Positions 39,053 through 48,260 are shown, counted from the first letter of the stretch. The stretch: DNA of 64,000 bases from an uncultured Candidatus Rokubacteria bacterium (GCA_963762145.1 CAVXJS010000017.1:1-64000); one strand, 5' to 3'. A program made the numbers and translations. The notes: generated by a model from the letters alone, not told the origin.

Positions 39053-39682
39053 ATGGCAGTCGAGTCGCCGCTAGTGTTCGTCGTGGACGATGACCCCTCC
39101 GTGAGGAAGAGCCTCACGCGGCTGCTCAAGGCCGCCGGGTGGGAGGTCGAGGCGTTCGCCACCGGCCGGGAGTTTATGGCCCAACCTCGGCCCGACCGCC
39201 CTTCCTGCCTGTTGCTGGATGTCCGGATGCCCGGGTTGACCGGGCTAGACCTTCAGGACGCTCTCACCGGCGTGGGAGAGCGGCTGTCCATCGTGTTCCT
39301 CACCGGCTTCGGCGATGTCCGGATGGGCGTGCGGGCCATGAAGGGCGGCGCCGTCGATGTGCTCACGAAACCGGTGAACAAGCAGGAGCTTCTCGGGGCC
39401 GTCGAGCGGGCGGTGGCCATCGCGCTCCAGGACCGACGGGAGCGGGCCCGGGTCAAGGAGATCCGGGATCGGATCAAGACCCTGACCCCGCGGGAGGCCC
39501 GAGTCTTTTCCCTGGTAGTGACCGGGATGTTGAACAAGCAGAGTGCGGTGGAGCTGGGGGTCGTGGAGAAGACGGTCAAGGTGCATCGGGCCCGGGTCAT
39601 GGAGAAGATGCAGGCCGGATCGCTGGCCGAGCTCGTCCAGCTGGCCGGCGAAGCGGGGGTGATCGCGGCCAGGTCGGGTTAG
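39053..39682 (+). CDS. FixJ/TodT/NodW-family response regulator (REC + LuxR HTH)
   Basis: VVDDD, LLDVRMPG, LTPRE...GMLNKQ...LGVVEKTVKVHRARVMEKM. Confidence 0.93.
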   Translation: MAVESPLVFVVDDDPSVRKSLTRLLKAAGWEVEAFATGREFMAQPRPDRPSCLLLDVRMPGLTGLDLQDALTGVGERLSIVFLTGFGDVRMGVRAMKGGAVDVLTKPVNKQELLGAVERAVAIALQDRRERARVKEIRDRIKTLTPREARVFSLVVTGMLNKQSAVELGVVEKTVKVHRARVMEKMQAGSLAELVQLAGEAGVIAARSG

Positions 39683-39686
39683 GGGC

Positions 39687-40070
39687 TCAACGCGCAGCTT
39701 CGCTGACTGCTTGACGGATCGCGCGCAGCACGGTGAGGGGATCGACGGGCTTCCGCAGGTGGCCGGCGGCTCCGGACTTCTCGATGCGATCGATGGTCGA
39801 GGCGTCATCGTGAGCGGTCATGAATATGATCGGGACGGCCAGGCGTCTCTGGAGCTCGAACCCGGTCATCTCGCTCATGTGGATATCCAGCACGACGCAG
39901 GCCGCTTGGTTCTGCGGCAGCCAGTCGAGGAACTCTCGGGCCGAGGCGAATACCTCGGCCTTGAAACCGGCCGACCGGACGACACGAAGAAGCGAGCGGC
40001 GGACCGAGGCGTCGTCGTCCACGATCGCGATGATCGGCTCATCTATCGGAGAATTTAGGAGTTCGTTCAC
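39687..40070 (-). CDS. Single-domain response regulator
   Basis: IVDDD, VLDIHM, MTAHD, KP. Confidence 0.85.
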   Translation of the reverse strand: MNELLNSPIDEPIIAIVDDDASVRRSLLRVVRSAGFKAEVFASAREFLDWLPQNQAACVVLDIHMSEMTGFELQRRLAVPIIFMTAHDDASTIDRIEKSGAAGHLRKPVDPLTVLRAIRQAVSEAAR

Positions 40071-40090
40071 GTGGCGCCTCCCTCAGCACC

Positions 40091-40137
40091 ACCGTAGACG
40101 GACCTGCCCGTGCGTGCTATTGGACCTAGGTCCCGGG
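40091..40137 (-). promoter_or_regulatory. Palindromic box overlapping the kinase stop codon, with -10 element for the receiver gene
   Basis: TATTGGACCTAGGTCCCGGG 40118-40137; minus-strand TACGGT starts at 40096 (31.5 bp). Confidence 0.75.
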
Positions 40138-42003
40138 TTGCCGAGTCCGGGGCGCGTCGACCGGCAGGGTGAAATGAAACGTCGCGCCGCCTTCGGGATT
40201 GCTGGAGGCGCGAAGCTCCCCGCCGTGCGCGTCGACGATCGTCCGGGAGATGGCGAGGCCCATGCCGAGCCCCTCGGCCTTGGTCGTGTAGAGCGGCTCG
40301 AACATGCGCTCGACATGTGCCATGTCGATACCGCTCCCGGAGTCCTCGATCGCGACGCGGACGGCGTCGGCGTCCGCCCTCGACGTGCGGACCACCAGGA
40401 CGGGGTCACGGCCGTTCGGCGCCCCCATCGCCTCCACACCGTTGAGGACCAGATTGAGCATCACCTGCTGGAGCTGTACTCGGTCTCCCCGCACGTGCGG
40501 CAGATCCGGGTCCAGATCCAGGGTCATCGGCACGTGCCGGAGGACCATATCGCTCTTCACGAGCTCGGCCACTTCCCCGACCAGGGCGTTGAGGTCGAGC
40601 GGCACGTGATCGAGCTCGCCTTTCTTGAGCAGCGCCCTCAGGCGGGAGATCACGGTGGCGGCACGCTGGTCGTCGGCTACGATGTCGTCGAGCAGCTCGC
40701 GCAGCTCGCCGAGGTTCGGGGCGGCAGCCTCGAGGAGCTGCTGAGCCACGTACGCGTTGTTGAGGATTGCCATCAAGGGCTGGTTGAGCTCGTGCGCCAG
40801 CGAGGCGCTCAGCTCGCCCAGGGCGGAGACGCGTCCGATGTGCGCGAGCTGTTGCCGTAACCGCCCCACCTCGCGCTCCGCCTGAGCCCGCTGCAGGGCG
40901 TTTGCCACGACCTCCCCGACGAGGTAGAGCTGCTCCAGCGGTTCGTCCCCCCACGCAGCCTCGGCGGAGCCGGTACCGAGCACCAGTCCTCCGACCAGCG
41001 TCTGGCCGGCGCGCAAGGGCAGGGCCAGCGGAGACTGGATGCCGAGCGCAAGGCAGCTGCTCCTATCCACGGCGGCCTCGTCCGGGAAATCCGCGCTTCG
41101 GGGAACCCGAACGATGTCACCGTTCTGCAGCCGGACGCTCAGCCAGGGAAATCGGGCCAGGTCGGTCGGTCCATCGAGAGTCCATGAGCGAGCGGTGCCG
41201 CTGGGCCCAGGAAGCTGGATCAGTACCGCACGATCCACGGCCAGAAAGTCGACGATGGAGCGCAACGCGCCCTGGATGTCCTCATCGAGATTGACGGCCG
41301 AGGCATTGCTGAGGTTGACGGACAGGGAGGACAGAAACCGCTGAAAGCGTAGACGCTCGGCGAGCGACAGGTCCATCCGCTTCCGCTCCAGGGCGCTGGC
41401 GAACGCCTCGCTGAGAAGATGCAGGCGGCCGACCAGCTTGTCCGGCCAGGTGCGCTCGCTGTGAACCGAGTCGAAGGACAGCACGCCCAGCATGGGTCCC
41501 CCGGCCTGCAGCGGGATCGACAGGTGCGAGCGCGTTCCGAACCGGTCGTATCCCGCACGATCCATCGCCGCTTGCGGGGGGAGCTCGTCGGTGCGAGAGA
41601 ATCGGACCACCGCTCCGCGGCGGAGCCGGTCGGCCGTCCAGACGAGCTGGTCGGCGGCCAGGATCGACGGCAGCGTCTCGACGCCGGGCGCGGCCCAGGC
41701 CACACGGACGCCTGGGGCGCCGTCGCGATACTCGTCCAGGTTCCCCCGATCCGCGCCCAGGAAGGTGACCATCTGGCGGAGCGCGGCTTCGAGCGCCGCG
41801 TCGAGACCACCGGCTTCAATGTGAATGAGCTTCGCGGAGAGCTCCGAGAGGAGCGTCTCGAACCGCAGGCGCTCCTCGAGGAGACGCTGCGCCCGGCGGT
41901 CCGCCGCGCGGTGATGCAGGAGCCACATGCTGAGGCCTGTCCCGACGGCAATGATCAGCGCGCCTACCGCCAGGTCCCACGCCAGGCCCACGCGAAGTCT
42001 CAC
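40126..42003 (-). CDS. FixL-like sensor histidine kinase with TM and two GAF domains
   Basis: Repeated ERLRFE/ERLRFQ-GAF units; GELSASLAHELNQPL, QVMLNLVLNG, DSGSG, GLGMGL. Confidence 0.9.
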   Translation of the reverse strand: MRLRVGLAWDLAVGALIIAVGTGLSMWLLHHRAADRRAQRLLEERLRFETLLSELSAKLIHIEAGGLDAALEAALRQMVTFLGADRGNLDEYRDGAPGVRVAWAAPGVETLPSILAADQLVWTADRLRRGAVVRFSRTDELPPQAAMDRAGYDRFGTRSHLSIPLQAGGPMLGVLSFDSVHSERTWPDKLVGRLHLLSEAFASALERKRMDLSLAERLRFQRFLSSLSVNLSNASAVNLDEDIQGALRSIVDFLAVDRAVLIQLPGPSGTARSWTLDGPTDLARFPWLSVRLQNGDIVRVPRSADFPDEAAVDRSSCLALGIQSPLALPLRAGQTLVGGLVLGTGSAEAAWGDEPLEQLYLVGEVVANALQRAQAEREVGRLRQQLAHIGRVSALGELSASLAHELNQPLMAILNNAYVAQQLLEAAAPNLGELRELLDDIVADDQRAATVISRLRALLKKGELDHVPLDLNALVGEVAELVKSDMVLRHVPMTLDLDPDLPHVRGDRVQLQQVMLNLVLNGVEAMGAPNGRDPVLVVRTSRADADAVRVAIEDSGSGIDMAHVERMFEPLYTTKAEGLGMGLAISRTIVDAHGGELRASSNPEGGATFHFTLPVDAPRTRQPGT

Positions 42004-42115
42004 TTTCCGTCCGCGAGAGCGCGCGGACGGGCCTACTCTAACGCTCGCGGGTCGGCAAAGGCGAGCACCCGTTCAGGCGGGGCCGAGCACGCTACGCGGT
42101 CCGTCGGCCGTGGAG

Positions 42116-42162
42116 TATTGGACCAAAGGGCAATAGGCGGAGGGGTGCGGGCCCCTTAGAGT
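42116..42162 (+). promoter_or_regulatory. Palindromic box and -10 element upstream of the 42170 gene
   Basis: TATTGGACCAAAGGGCAATA 42116-42135; TAGAGT at 42157 (31.5 bp). Confidence 0.7.
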
Positions 42163-42169
42163 CGATGTT

Positions 42170-42505
42170 ATGGATGAGGAAGGAGGCTTCGCCGGGCGCT
42201 TTCGTGGTCATGAAGGGCCGTACCATCTGTACGATTCGATCGATCGCCCGCTGATCCGGAGGGAGACCGGGGCCCACGTGCTCGGCGCCCTGCTGGACGA
42301 CCGCGCGCGCCTGGTGTTCCTGGACGACGCGGGGGGTGCCGAGGGCTCGGTGCTGAAGATCACGTATCCCACCCGGGAGTGGGCGCTCGAGCCGGTCGAG
42401 CCAGGCGCGTGCGACTGTGGCGACGGCCGATGTAAGGGACGTCTCGCCATCACGCTGCACGACGCGCACGCGGGGCCTGACTGGATGCTGACGTTCCGCG
42501 GTTAG
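42170..42505 (+). CDS. Hypothetical protein
   Basis: 111 aa, GC3-rich; CDCGDGRC motif; possibly leaderless. Confidence 0.55.
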   Translation: MDEEGGFAGRFRGHEGPYHLYDSIDRPLIRRETGAHVLGALLDDRARLVFLDDAGGAEGSVLKITYPTREWALEPVEPGACDCGDGRCKGRLAITLHDAHAGPDWMLTFRG

Positions 42506-42507
42506 CC

Positions 42508-42930
42508 GTGAGAGAGACGATCGACGTGACGCTTGCGACCGTGATGGCTGAGCTGGACCGGGCCGGGTTCGGCGAGCACTTCGGGGTAAGCGACGGCAGC
42601 CTGCGGTCATTCGATAGCGGACGGACCTTCCGCGCGAGCCAGGTCGTGATCCGGGCGTTCCGCCGATTCGAAGGGGTCTCGGATCCGGACGACATGTCGA
42701 TCGTCTACGCGATCGAAGGGCAGGGCGGTGCTCGCGGGACCCTGGTCGACGCATTCGGGGCCTACTCGGACCCGGCGGTGAGCGCGTTCCTGGAGGGCGT
42801 GACGATCGGTGGGGTCGGCCCGACGGCTCACGAGCTGCCCCGGTTTGGACGCTACGCCTATGGTTTTCCGGTGCCGGTCCTGGTGGACGCATCACGAGAC
42901 GAAGGGGGCGAGAGCGGATCGGTCGCCTGA
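42508..42930 (+). CDS. Conserved hypothetical protein (RFEGxSDPDD family)
   Basis: RRFEGVSDPDDMSIVYAIE...GTLVDAFGAY. Confidence 0.7.
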   Translation: MRETIDVTLATVMAELDRAGFGEHFGVSDGSLRSFDSGRTFRASQVVIRAFRRFEGVSDPDDMSIVYAIEGQGGARGTLVDAFGAYSDPAVSAFLEGVTIGGVGPTAHELPRFGRYAYGFPVPVLVDASRDEGGESGSVA

Positions 42931-42949
42931 TTCAGGCCCGTGGCGCACA

Positions 42950-42996
42950 TCATGGACCTAGGTCCAATGGGCAGGGGGGGCCGCGAAGCCTAGACT
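42950..42996 (+). promoter_or_regulatory. Palindromic box and -10 element upstream of the zinc-finger/Crp operon
   Basis: TCATGGACCTAGGTCCAATG 42950-42969; TAGACT at 42991 (31.5 bp). Confidence 0.8.
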
Positions 42997-43016
42997 GAAG
43001 GCGAAGGAGGCGCGAC

Positions 43017-43166
43017 ATGCCCAAGGTGCTGGTGTGCGTGTTCTGCTCGGAGGAGATCGCGGCGGAGGAGAAGTGGCTCGACGTCCCCGGTCGAGGGAGC
43101 GAAGTGGCCCATCTGAAATGCTGGAAGGACAGCAATCGTCCGGAAGTCCGGAGTCGCAGCGTCTAG
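43017..43166 (+). CDS. 49-aa CxxC...HxxC zinc-finger-like mini-protein
   Basis: AAGGAGG RBS; MPKVLVCVFCSEEI...AHLKCWKD...*; absent from the ORF track. Confidence 0.7.
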   Translation: MPKVLVCVFCSEEIAAEEKWLDVPGRGSEVAHLKCWKDSNRPEVRSRSV

Positions 43167-43182
43167 ACGATGGGGAGCCGCC

Positions 43183-43836
43183 ATGGGGCGTAAGCCGACT
43201 GCGCCGTTCGACGCGAAGGCGTTCCTGACGAAGGCCAACGCGGGACGATCGGTCTCCGCATACCGGAGGAAGCAGGTCGTCTTCGCGCAGGGGGATCCCG
43301 CGGACGCCGTGTTCTACATCGAGAAGGGCCAGATCAAGCTGACGGTGGTCTCGGAGCGCGGGAAGTCCGCGGTCGTGGCCATGCTCGGGCGAGGGGACTT
43401 CTTCGGCGAGGGGTGTCTGGCCGGCCAGCCGGTCCGGATGGCCACCGCGGAGACGATGACCGACGTGTCGGTCGTGCGAGTCGACAAGCCGGCCATGGTC
43501 GCGCTGCTCCACGGGAAGTCGATGTTCTCCGAGCGCTTCATGGCGCATCTGCTGGCTCGTAACGTGCGCTTCGAGGAGGATCTGGTCGATCAGCTGTTCA
43601 ACTCGAGCGAGAAACGGCTCGCCCGGGTGCTGCTGCTGCTGGCCCGCTTCGGCAAGGAAGGCAAGACCGAGCCGGTCATTCCGAAGATCAGCCAGGAAGT
43701 CCTGGCCGAGATGGTCGGCACGACTCGGCCCCGGATCAGCGGGTTCATGACCAAGTTCCGGAAGCTCGGCTTCATCGAGTACAACGGCGGCCTGCACATC
43801 CACAGCTCCCTCCTCAACGTGCTCCTGCACGGGTAG
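43183..43836 (+). CDS. Crp/Fnr family transcriptional regulator
   Basis: FAQGDP, GDFFGEGCL, RMATA, EKRLARVLL, SQEVLAEMVGTTRPRIS HTH; no Fe-S Cys cluster. Confidence 0.93.
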   Translation: MGRKPTAPFDAKAFLTKANAGRSVSAYRRKQVVFAQGDPADAVFYIEKGQIKLTVVSERGKSAVVAMLGRGDFFGEGCLAGQPVRMATAETMTDVSVVRVDKPAMVALLHGKSMFSERFMAHLLARNVRFEEDLVDQLFNSSEKRLARVLLLLARFGKEGKTEPVIPKISQEVLAEMVGTTRPRISGFMTKFRKLGFIEYNGGLHIHSSLLNVLLHG

Positions 43837-43846
43837 GCCTCCCAAG

Positions 43847-43862
43847 TGTCCAATCCGGGACA
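43847..43862 (+). promoter_or_regulatory. Crp-geometry palindrome upstream of the hybrid kinase
   Basis: TGTCC-N6-GGACA; TATAGG at 43884. Confidence 0.45.
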
Positions 43863-43898
43863 GATTGTCCTAGCGCAAGCGTGTATAGGGATGGAGAT

Positions 43899-45593
43899 AT
43901 GGCGACACCCACCCCTGAACCGGTAAGGCATACCGACCCGCCGGCCGGGCCGACGGCGAGCCTCGGTGAAGTCGACATTCGCGCGGAGCTCGCGGCGCGC
44001 CCGGGCCGGGCACCCGATCCAGAAGCACTGGAGCGAGCCCTGGCGGAGCTCGCCCGGGAGATGACCGAGAACCCGCGCCGCATGCTCCAGAAGCTCGTCG
44101 AGGCGGCGGTCGACCTGTGCGACGCCGATACCGCCGGGATCAGCCTGCTCGAGGGCGACGTGTTTCGATGGGAGGCGGTTGCCGGGGTGTTCGCCTCGTA
44201 CCGGGACGGCACGATGCCCCGCGCGGCCAGCCCCTGCGGTGTGTGCATCGATGAGAATGCCACCCAGCTGATGTATCTCCCGGATCGTCACTTCCCCGCC
44301 CTGCGGGCCCAGCCGCGCTTCGTCGAGGCCCTGCTCATCCCGTTTCAGGTCTATCGCCGGCCGGTGGGAACCGTGTGGCTCGTGAGCCATACCGAGGAGA
44401 AGAAGTTCGACCGAGGGCATGAGCGGATCGTCCGGACGCTCGCCCAGTTCGCGTCGGCCGGGTGGCAGCTGTGGAAGGCGCTCGAGGTCGCCGAGGAGGC
44501 GAATCGGCGCAAGGATCAGTTCCTGGCCACACTTGGCCACGAGATCCGGAACCCCCTGGCCGCCATCCGCAACGCGACCAGTATCCTGCAGGAGGTCGAC
44601 CCCGCGGGCCACGCCATGGCCGTGAGCGTGGTCGCTCGTCAAGCTCTCCACCTCGCCAGGGTGGCCGATGGTCTGCTCGACCTCTCGAGGATCGGTCAGG
44701 GCAAGCTGGAACTCCGGACCGGGCCGGTCGAGCTACAGGCGGTCGTGGCAGCCGCCGTCGAGACGACCCACTCTCAGATCGGACGTCGCGGTCACACGTT
44801 GTCGGTGGATTTGCCGAGCGCGCCCCTGTGGCTCATCGGGGACACCGTCCGGGTGGTTCAGGTGCTGTCGAATCTCCTCGACAACGCGGCCAAGTACACA
44901 CCGGAAGGGGGCCGGATCTGGGTCACCGCCCGCCCGGCCGGGGCCATGGTTGAGATCACGGTGCGGGACACGGGGATCGGCATTCCCGGGGACAAGCTGG
45001 GTGCCATTTTCGATGTGTTCACCCAGCTGGCGCCCTCGGCGGGTGGACTGGGTCTGGGGCTGGCCCTGGTGCGGGACCTGGCAACGATGCAGGGCGGAAG
45101 CGTCGAGGCAGCGAGCGAGGGTCCGGGAAAGGGGAGCCAGTTCACCGTGCGATTGCGGCGGCTGCCGGCGGTGAGCTTGATCCAGTCGGCGACGCGTCTG
45201 GAGATCGCGCCGACGCCTCGACGCCTGCTCATCGTCGAGGACTACTCCGATGCCGCGGAGAGCCTGGCCGTCATATTGCGTCGGGATGCCCACGAGGTGC
45301 GGATCGCCCAGGATGGGCCCGCCGCGCTGCGGGCCCTCATCGAGTTCCGGCCCGATGTGGTGCTGCTCGACGTGGGTCTGGTCGGCATGGACGGCTACCA
45401 GGTGGCTCGTCGGATGCGCGAGGAGGCCTCGGACTCCAGCCTGACCATCATCACCCTGAGCGGACACGGGCAGAAGGACGATCATCGCCAGTCGCGGGAA
45501 GCGGGGTGCGATGCCCATCTGGTGAAGCCGGTGCATCCCGGGGTCATTCGCAGGATGCTGGCCGCGGGCGTGCCGGTGACCGTGGAAGGGTAG
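43899..45593 (+). CDS. Hybrid sensor histidine kinase/response regulator (GAF-HisKA-HATPase-REC)
   Basis: FLATLGHEIRNPL, NLLDNAAKYT, DTGIG, GLGLGL, LLDVGL, HLVKP. Confidence 0.92.
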   Translation: MATPTPEPVRHTDPPAGPTASLGEVDIRAELAARPGRAPDPEALERALAELAREMTENPRRMLQKLVEAAVDLCDADTAGISLLEGDVFRWEAVAGVFASYRDGTMPRAASPCGVCIDENATQLMYLPDRHFPALRAQPRFVEALLIPFQVYRRPVGTVWLVSHTEEKKFDRGHERIVRTLAQFASAGWQLWKALEVAEEANRRKDQFLATLGHEIRNPLAAIRNATSILQEVDPAGHAMAVSVVARQALHLARVADGLLDLSRIGQGKLELRTGPVELQAVVAAAVETTHSQIGRRGHTLSVDLPSAPLWLIGDTVRVVQVLSNLLDNAAKYTPEGGRIWVTARPAGAMVEITVRDTGIGIPGDKLGAIFDVFTQLAPSAGGLGLGLALVRDLATMQGGSVEAASEGPGKGSQFTVRLRRLPAVSLIQSATRLEIAPTPRRLLIVEDYSDAAESLAVILRRDAHEVRIAQDGPAALRALIEFRPDVVLLDVGLVGMDGYQVARRMREEASDSSLTIITLSGHGQKDDHRQSREAGCDAHLVKPVHPGVIRRMLAAGVPVTVEG

Positions 45594-45605
45594 GGGGATA
45601 CGGTA

Positions 45606-46328
45606 GTGCACCATATCTGGCTCGTCCCGCTCATCGCCCTGACGCTCGCCCAGGTCGCGGTCATCGCGACGTCGGTCTACCTGCACCGAGCGCTCGCGCA
45701 TCACGCCCTGCGGCTGCATCCGGCGGTGGACCTGTGCTGTCGTATCGTGCTGTGGCTCACGACGGGGCAGAGCCGGCGAGAGTGGGTCGCCGTGCATCGC
45801 AAGCATCACACCTTCACGGACCGCGACGGCGACCCTCACAGCCCGCGGCTGGTCGGCTTCTGGCACATCCAGCTCTGGAACGTCTACTACTACGTGCGGG
45901 AAGCTCGCAACCCCGATACCATCCGCACGTTCGCCCCGGACCTCGAGCCGGACTGGCTGGATCGCGCGCTCTTCTCCCGGGGGCTGCTCGGTCTCGCGGT
46001 CGGCATCGGGATGCTGTGCCTGCTCTTCGGGCCCTGGGTCGGTCTGGCCGCGGGGCTCGTGCACGCCGTCCTGTACGTCTTCGTGATCGCGCCGCTCATC
46101 AACGGTCTGGGACACTGGCGCGGGGCGCAGAACTTCGGCAACACCGCCTACAACTCGCGAGTGCTCGCCTGGGTGACGGCCGGGGAGAGCCTGCACAACA
46201 ACCATCACGCCCACCCCCGCGCGCCGAAGTTCAGCATGCGGCGGTTCGAGTTCGATCCGTCATGGGTCGTGATCCGTTGCCTCGCCGCGGTCGGCCTGAT
46301 CGAGATCGTGGGCAAGCCCATCGGCTAG
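45606..46328 (+). CDS. Membrane fatty acid desaturase (delta-9 type)
   Basis: Three His boxes: HRALAH, HRKHH, HNNHH. Confidence 0.92.
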   Translation: MHHIWLVPLIALTLAQVAVIATSVYLHRALAHHALRLHPAVDLCCRIVLWLTTGQSRREWVAVHRKHHTFTDRDGDPHSPRLVGFWHIQLWNVYYYVREARNPDTIRTFAPDLEPDWLDRALFSRGLLGLAVGIGMLCLLFGPWVGLAAGLVHAVLYVFVIAPLINGLGHWRGAQNFGNTAYNSRVLAWVTAGESLHNNHHAHPRAPKFSMRRFEFDPSWVVIRCLAAVGLIEIVGKPIG

Positions 46329-46331
46329 GCC

Positions 46332-46415
46332 ATGGACGGCCTGTTGAGCATCCTGGTGGTTGTGGTGGGGCTGCTGGTGGTCGCGTGGCTCTTCGGCCCG
46401 ATGTCCTCGCGTTGA
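46332..46415 (+). CDS. Possible 27-aa single-TM small protein
   Basis: MDGLLSILVVVVGLLVVAWLFGPMSSR*, 3 nt after the desaturase stop. Confidence 0.45.
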   Translation: MDGLLSILVVVVGLLVVAWLFGPMSSR

Positions 46416-46561
46416 GTTCGCGCAAGTAGCGCCCGCGTGGTCCGGAGGTTCTTGCAACCGGGACTTCATTATTTATCCGCTCGGCTCGCCTTCGGCTTCA
46501 CCTCGCCATGCTAAATCCCGTCTCTCCCGCCACGGTTCGCGCTCGTACCCATCCCTAAAGG

Positions 46562-46608
46562 CGTAGACCCAAGGGCCAATGGGACCCGTCTGGTGCCCTG
46601 CGTAGAGT
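46562..46608 (+). promoter_or_regulatory. Degenerate palindromic box and -10 element upstream of mlaC
   Basis: CGTAGACCCAAGGGCCAATG 46562-46581; TAGAGT at 46603 (31.5 bp). Confidence 0.55.
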
Positions 46609-46693
46609 CCATATGGAAGAATCGTGGTGCGGTGCAGCCACGTGACGGGCGCGCCGAGGTGATGGTTCGTCCCGCCAGCTAGGAGGATGAGCG

Positions 46694-47410
46694 ATGAGAT
46701 CGCTACGGGATCCGATCGGACGTAGCCACCGCGCGCGGTATCGGCGCCGAGGCGCAGCGCTGGTGATCCTGGTTGCCGCGGTTTCGCTCGGCACGCAGCC
46801 CGCTCTTTCCGGCGACGCCGTGAAGGATGTGCCGCCGACCGCGACCGCGGGTCGCGTCCGACCCATCGATCTGGTCAAGGCGTCCGTCTCGCAGGTGCTG
46901 GCGGTCGCGCAGTCGCGCACGGCCGTCAGCCGGGAGAGCGGCCAGCTCAGGGCCGAGATTCGGCGCGTCGCCGACGGGTTGTTCGACTTCAAGGAGATGG
47001 CGCGGCTGAGCCTGTCGCGGCATTGGAGCGGGCAGTCGATCCGGGAACAGGAGGAGTTTGTCGGGCTGTTCACCGAGCTGCTTGAGCGATCCTTCCTGTC
47101 GACGATCGAGAGCTATGCGGGAGAGAAGATCACGTTCCTGAGCGAGTCGATCGACGGCTCGTACGCGCAGGTGCGGAGCCGGATCACCACCGAACGGCGG
47201 ATGGACATCTCGATCGACTACCGGCTCATCGACCGGGGCGACCGGTGGGAAGTGTATGACGTGGTGCTCGATGGCGTGAGTCTCGTGTCCAACTACCGGG
47301 GTCAGTTCAACTCGATTATCCGGACATCGTCCTTCGGTGACCTGCTGACGAGGATGAGAATCAAGCAGGTCGAGGCGCGCGTGATTCCGCGGGTAGGTCG
47401 CGGGTCGTGA
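46694..47410 (+). CDS. MlaC/Ttg2D family phospholipid-binding periplasmic protein
   Basis: FDFKEMARLSL, W.VYDVVLDGVSLVSNYRGQF; signal peptide; AGGAGG RBS. Confidence 0.9.
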   Translation: MRSLRDPIGRSHRARYRRRGAALVILVAAVSLGTQPALSGDAVKDVPPTATAGRVRPIDLVKASVSQVLAVAQSRTAVSRESGQLRAEIRRVADGLFDFKEMARLSLSRHWSGQSIREQEEFVGLFTELLERSFLSTIESYAGEKITFLSESIDGSYAQVRSRITTERRMDISIDYRLIDRGDRWEVYDVVLDGVSLVSNYRGQFNSIIRTSSFGDLLTRMRIKQVEARVIPRVGRGS

Positions 47411-47697
47411 CCGTGGCCGGGGTGGCGGTCGGAGCGCTGGTCATGACCGCGCTGACCCTGGGGACGGGCGTGGCGATCGGGCGGAGCAAGCCGGCGTGCG
47501 ATGCGGTGGGCCGGATGATGACCCCGGAGGATGCGGAGGGCCAGGTGGTGAAGGTGGAGCCGGGCCGGAGCCGCTTCAGCGTGCGAGAGTCCGATGGCCT
47601 GATCCACGAGTTCCGGGCATCTCCCGAGACGCTTCGGGACCTGAAGGTCGGGGACCGCATCGAGGTGAAGCTCTGGGAAGCGTCGAGGTGTCCCTGA
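47407..47697 (+). CDS. Small exported OB-fold-like hypothetical protein
   Basis: Signal/TM segment, EGQVVKV...LKVGDRIEV; GTGA overlap with mlaC. Confidence 0.6.
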   Translation: MTVAGVAVGALVMTALTLGTGVAIGRSKPACDAVGRMMTPEDAEGQVVKVEPGRSRFSVRESDGLIHEFRASPETLRDLKVGDRIEVKLWEASRCP

Positions 47698-47749
47698 CCG
47701 CGGGTCAAGCGACCGGATGAGCGGTGCGCACGTACATCTCCGGGGACGG

Positions 47750-47930
47750 ATGTGCTCGCCAGCGAGCTGCGCGCCATCTCGCGGAAGTCGAAGAGGTTGT
47801 CGGCGACCTCCCGGAGCAACGCGCGCCGGGCCACGAGGTTGGGCCGGCCACGGAGATCCGGCCTGGTCACGATCTCGATGACCTCCGCGACCGCCGACTG
47901 GACCCGCTCGAGTGGGGTGCGGCCTCGAGC
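47750..47930 (-). pseudogene. Fragment of a second MlaC-like gene
   Basis: LERVQSAVAEVIEIV...LLREVADNLFDFREMARSSL, similar to IRRVADGLFDFKEMARLSL. Confidence 0.6.
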
Positions 47931-47963
47931 GGACGCACAGCCGCTAGCCCCTGCGGTCGGAGG

Positions 47964-48260
47964 CTAGTCCTTCTTGATCTCCCTGGCCGTCCCGCGCGCG
48001 TCTTGCTTGGTGTCCCGGCTGTCCTGCCGGCACTCAGACCGCGTCTTCTCATCCCCCTTCTTGCAGTCCGCCTTCTCGGTCCGTGCGTCCTGGCGGCCAT
48101 CCTGCTTGGTGTCTCGGGAGTCCTTCCGATCACCCTGCCGGTCGTCTCGCCGCTCCTTCGACTGGGTTTGCGCATATCCGACGATGGGCGTGGTGGCAAG
48201 GCCCGGCATCGTTAGCGCCAAGGTCAAGATGCCAACTCGAAGACGCCCTTTCCATTTCAT
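47964..48260 (-). CDS. Secreted hydrophilic protein with 11-mer repeats
   Basis: AAGGAG RBS; signal peptide; RKDSRDTKQDG/RQDARTEKADC/RQDSRDTKQDA. Confidence 0.8.
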   Translation of the reverse strand: MKWKGRLRVGILTLALTMPGLATTPIVGYAQTQSKERRDDRQGDRKDSRDTKQDGRQDARTEKADCKKGDEKTRSECRQDSRDTKQDARGTAREIKKD

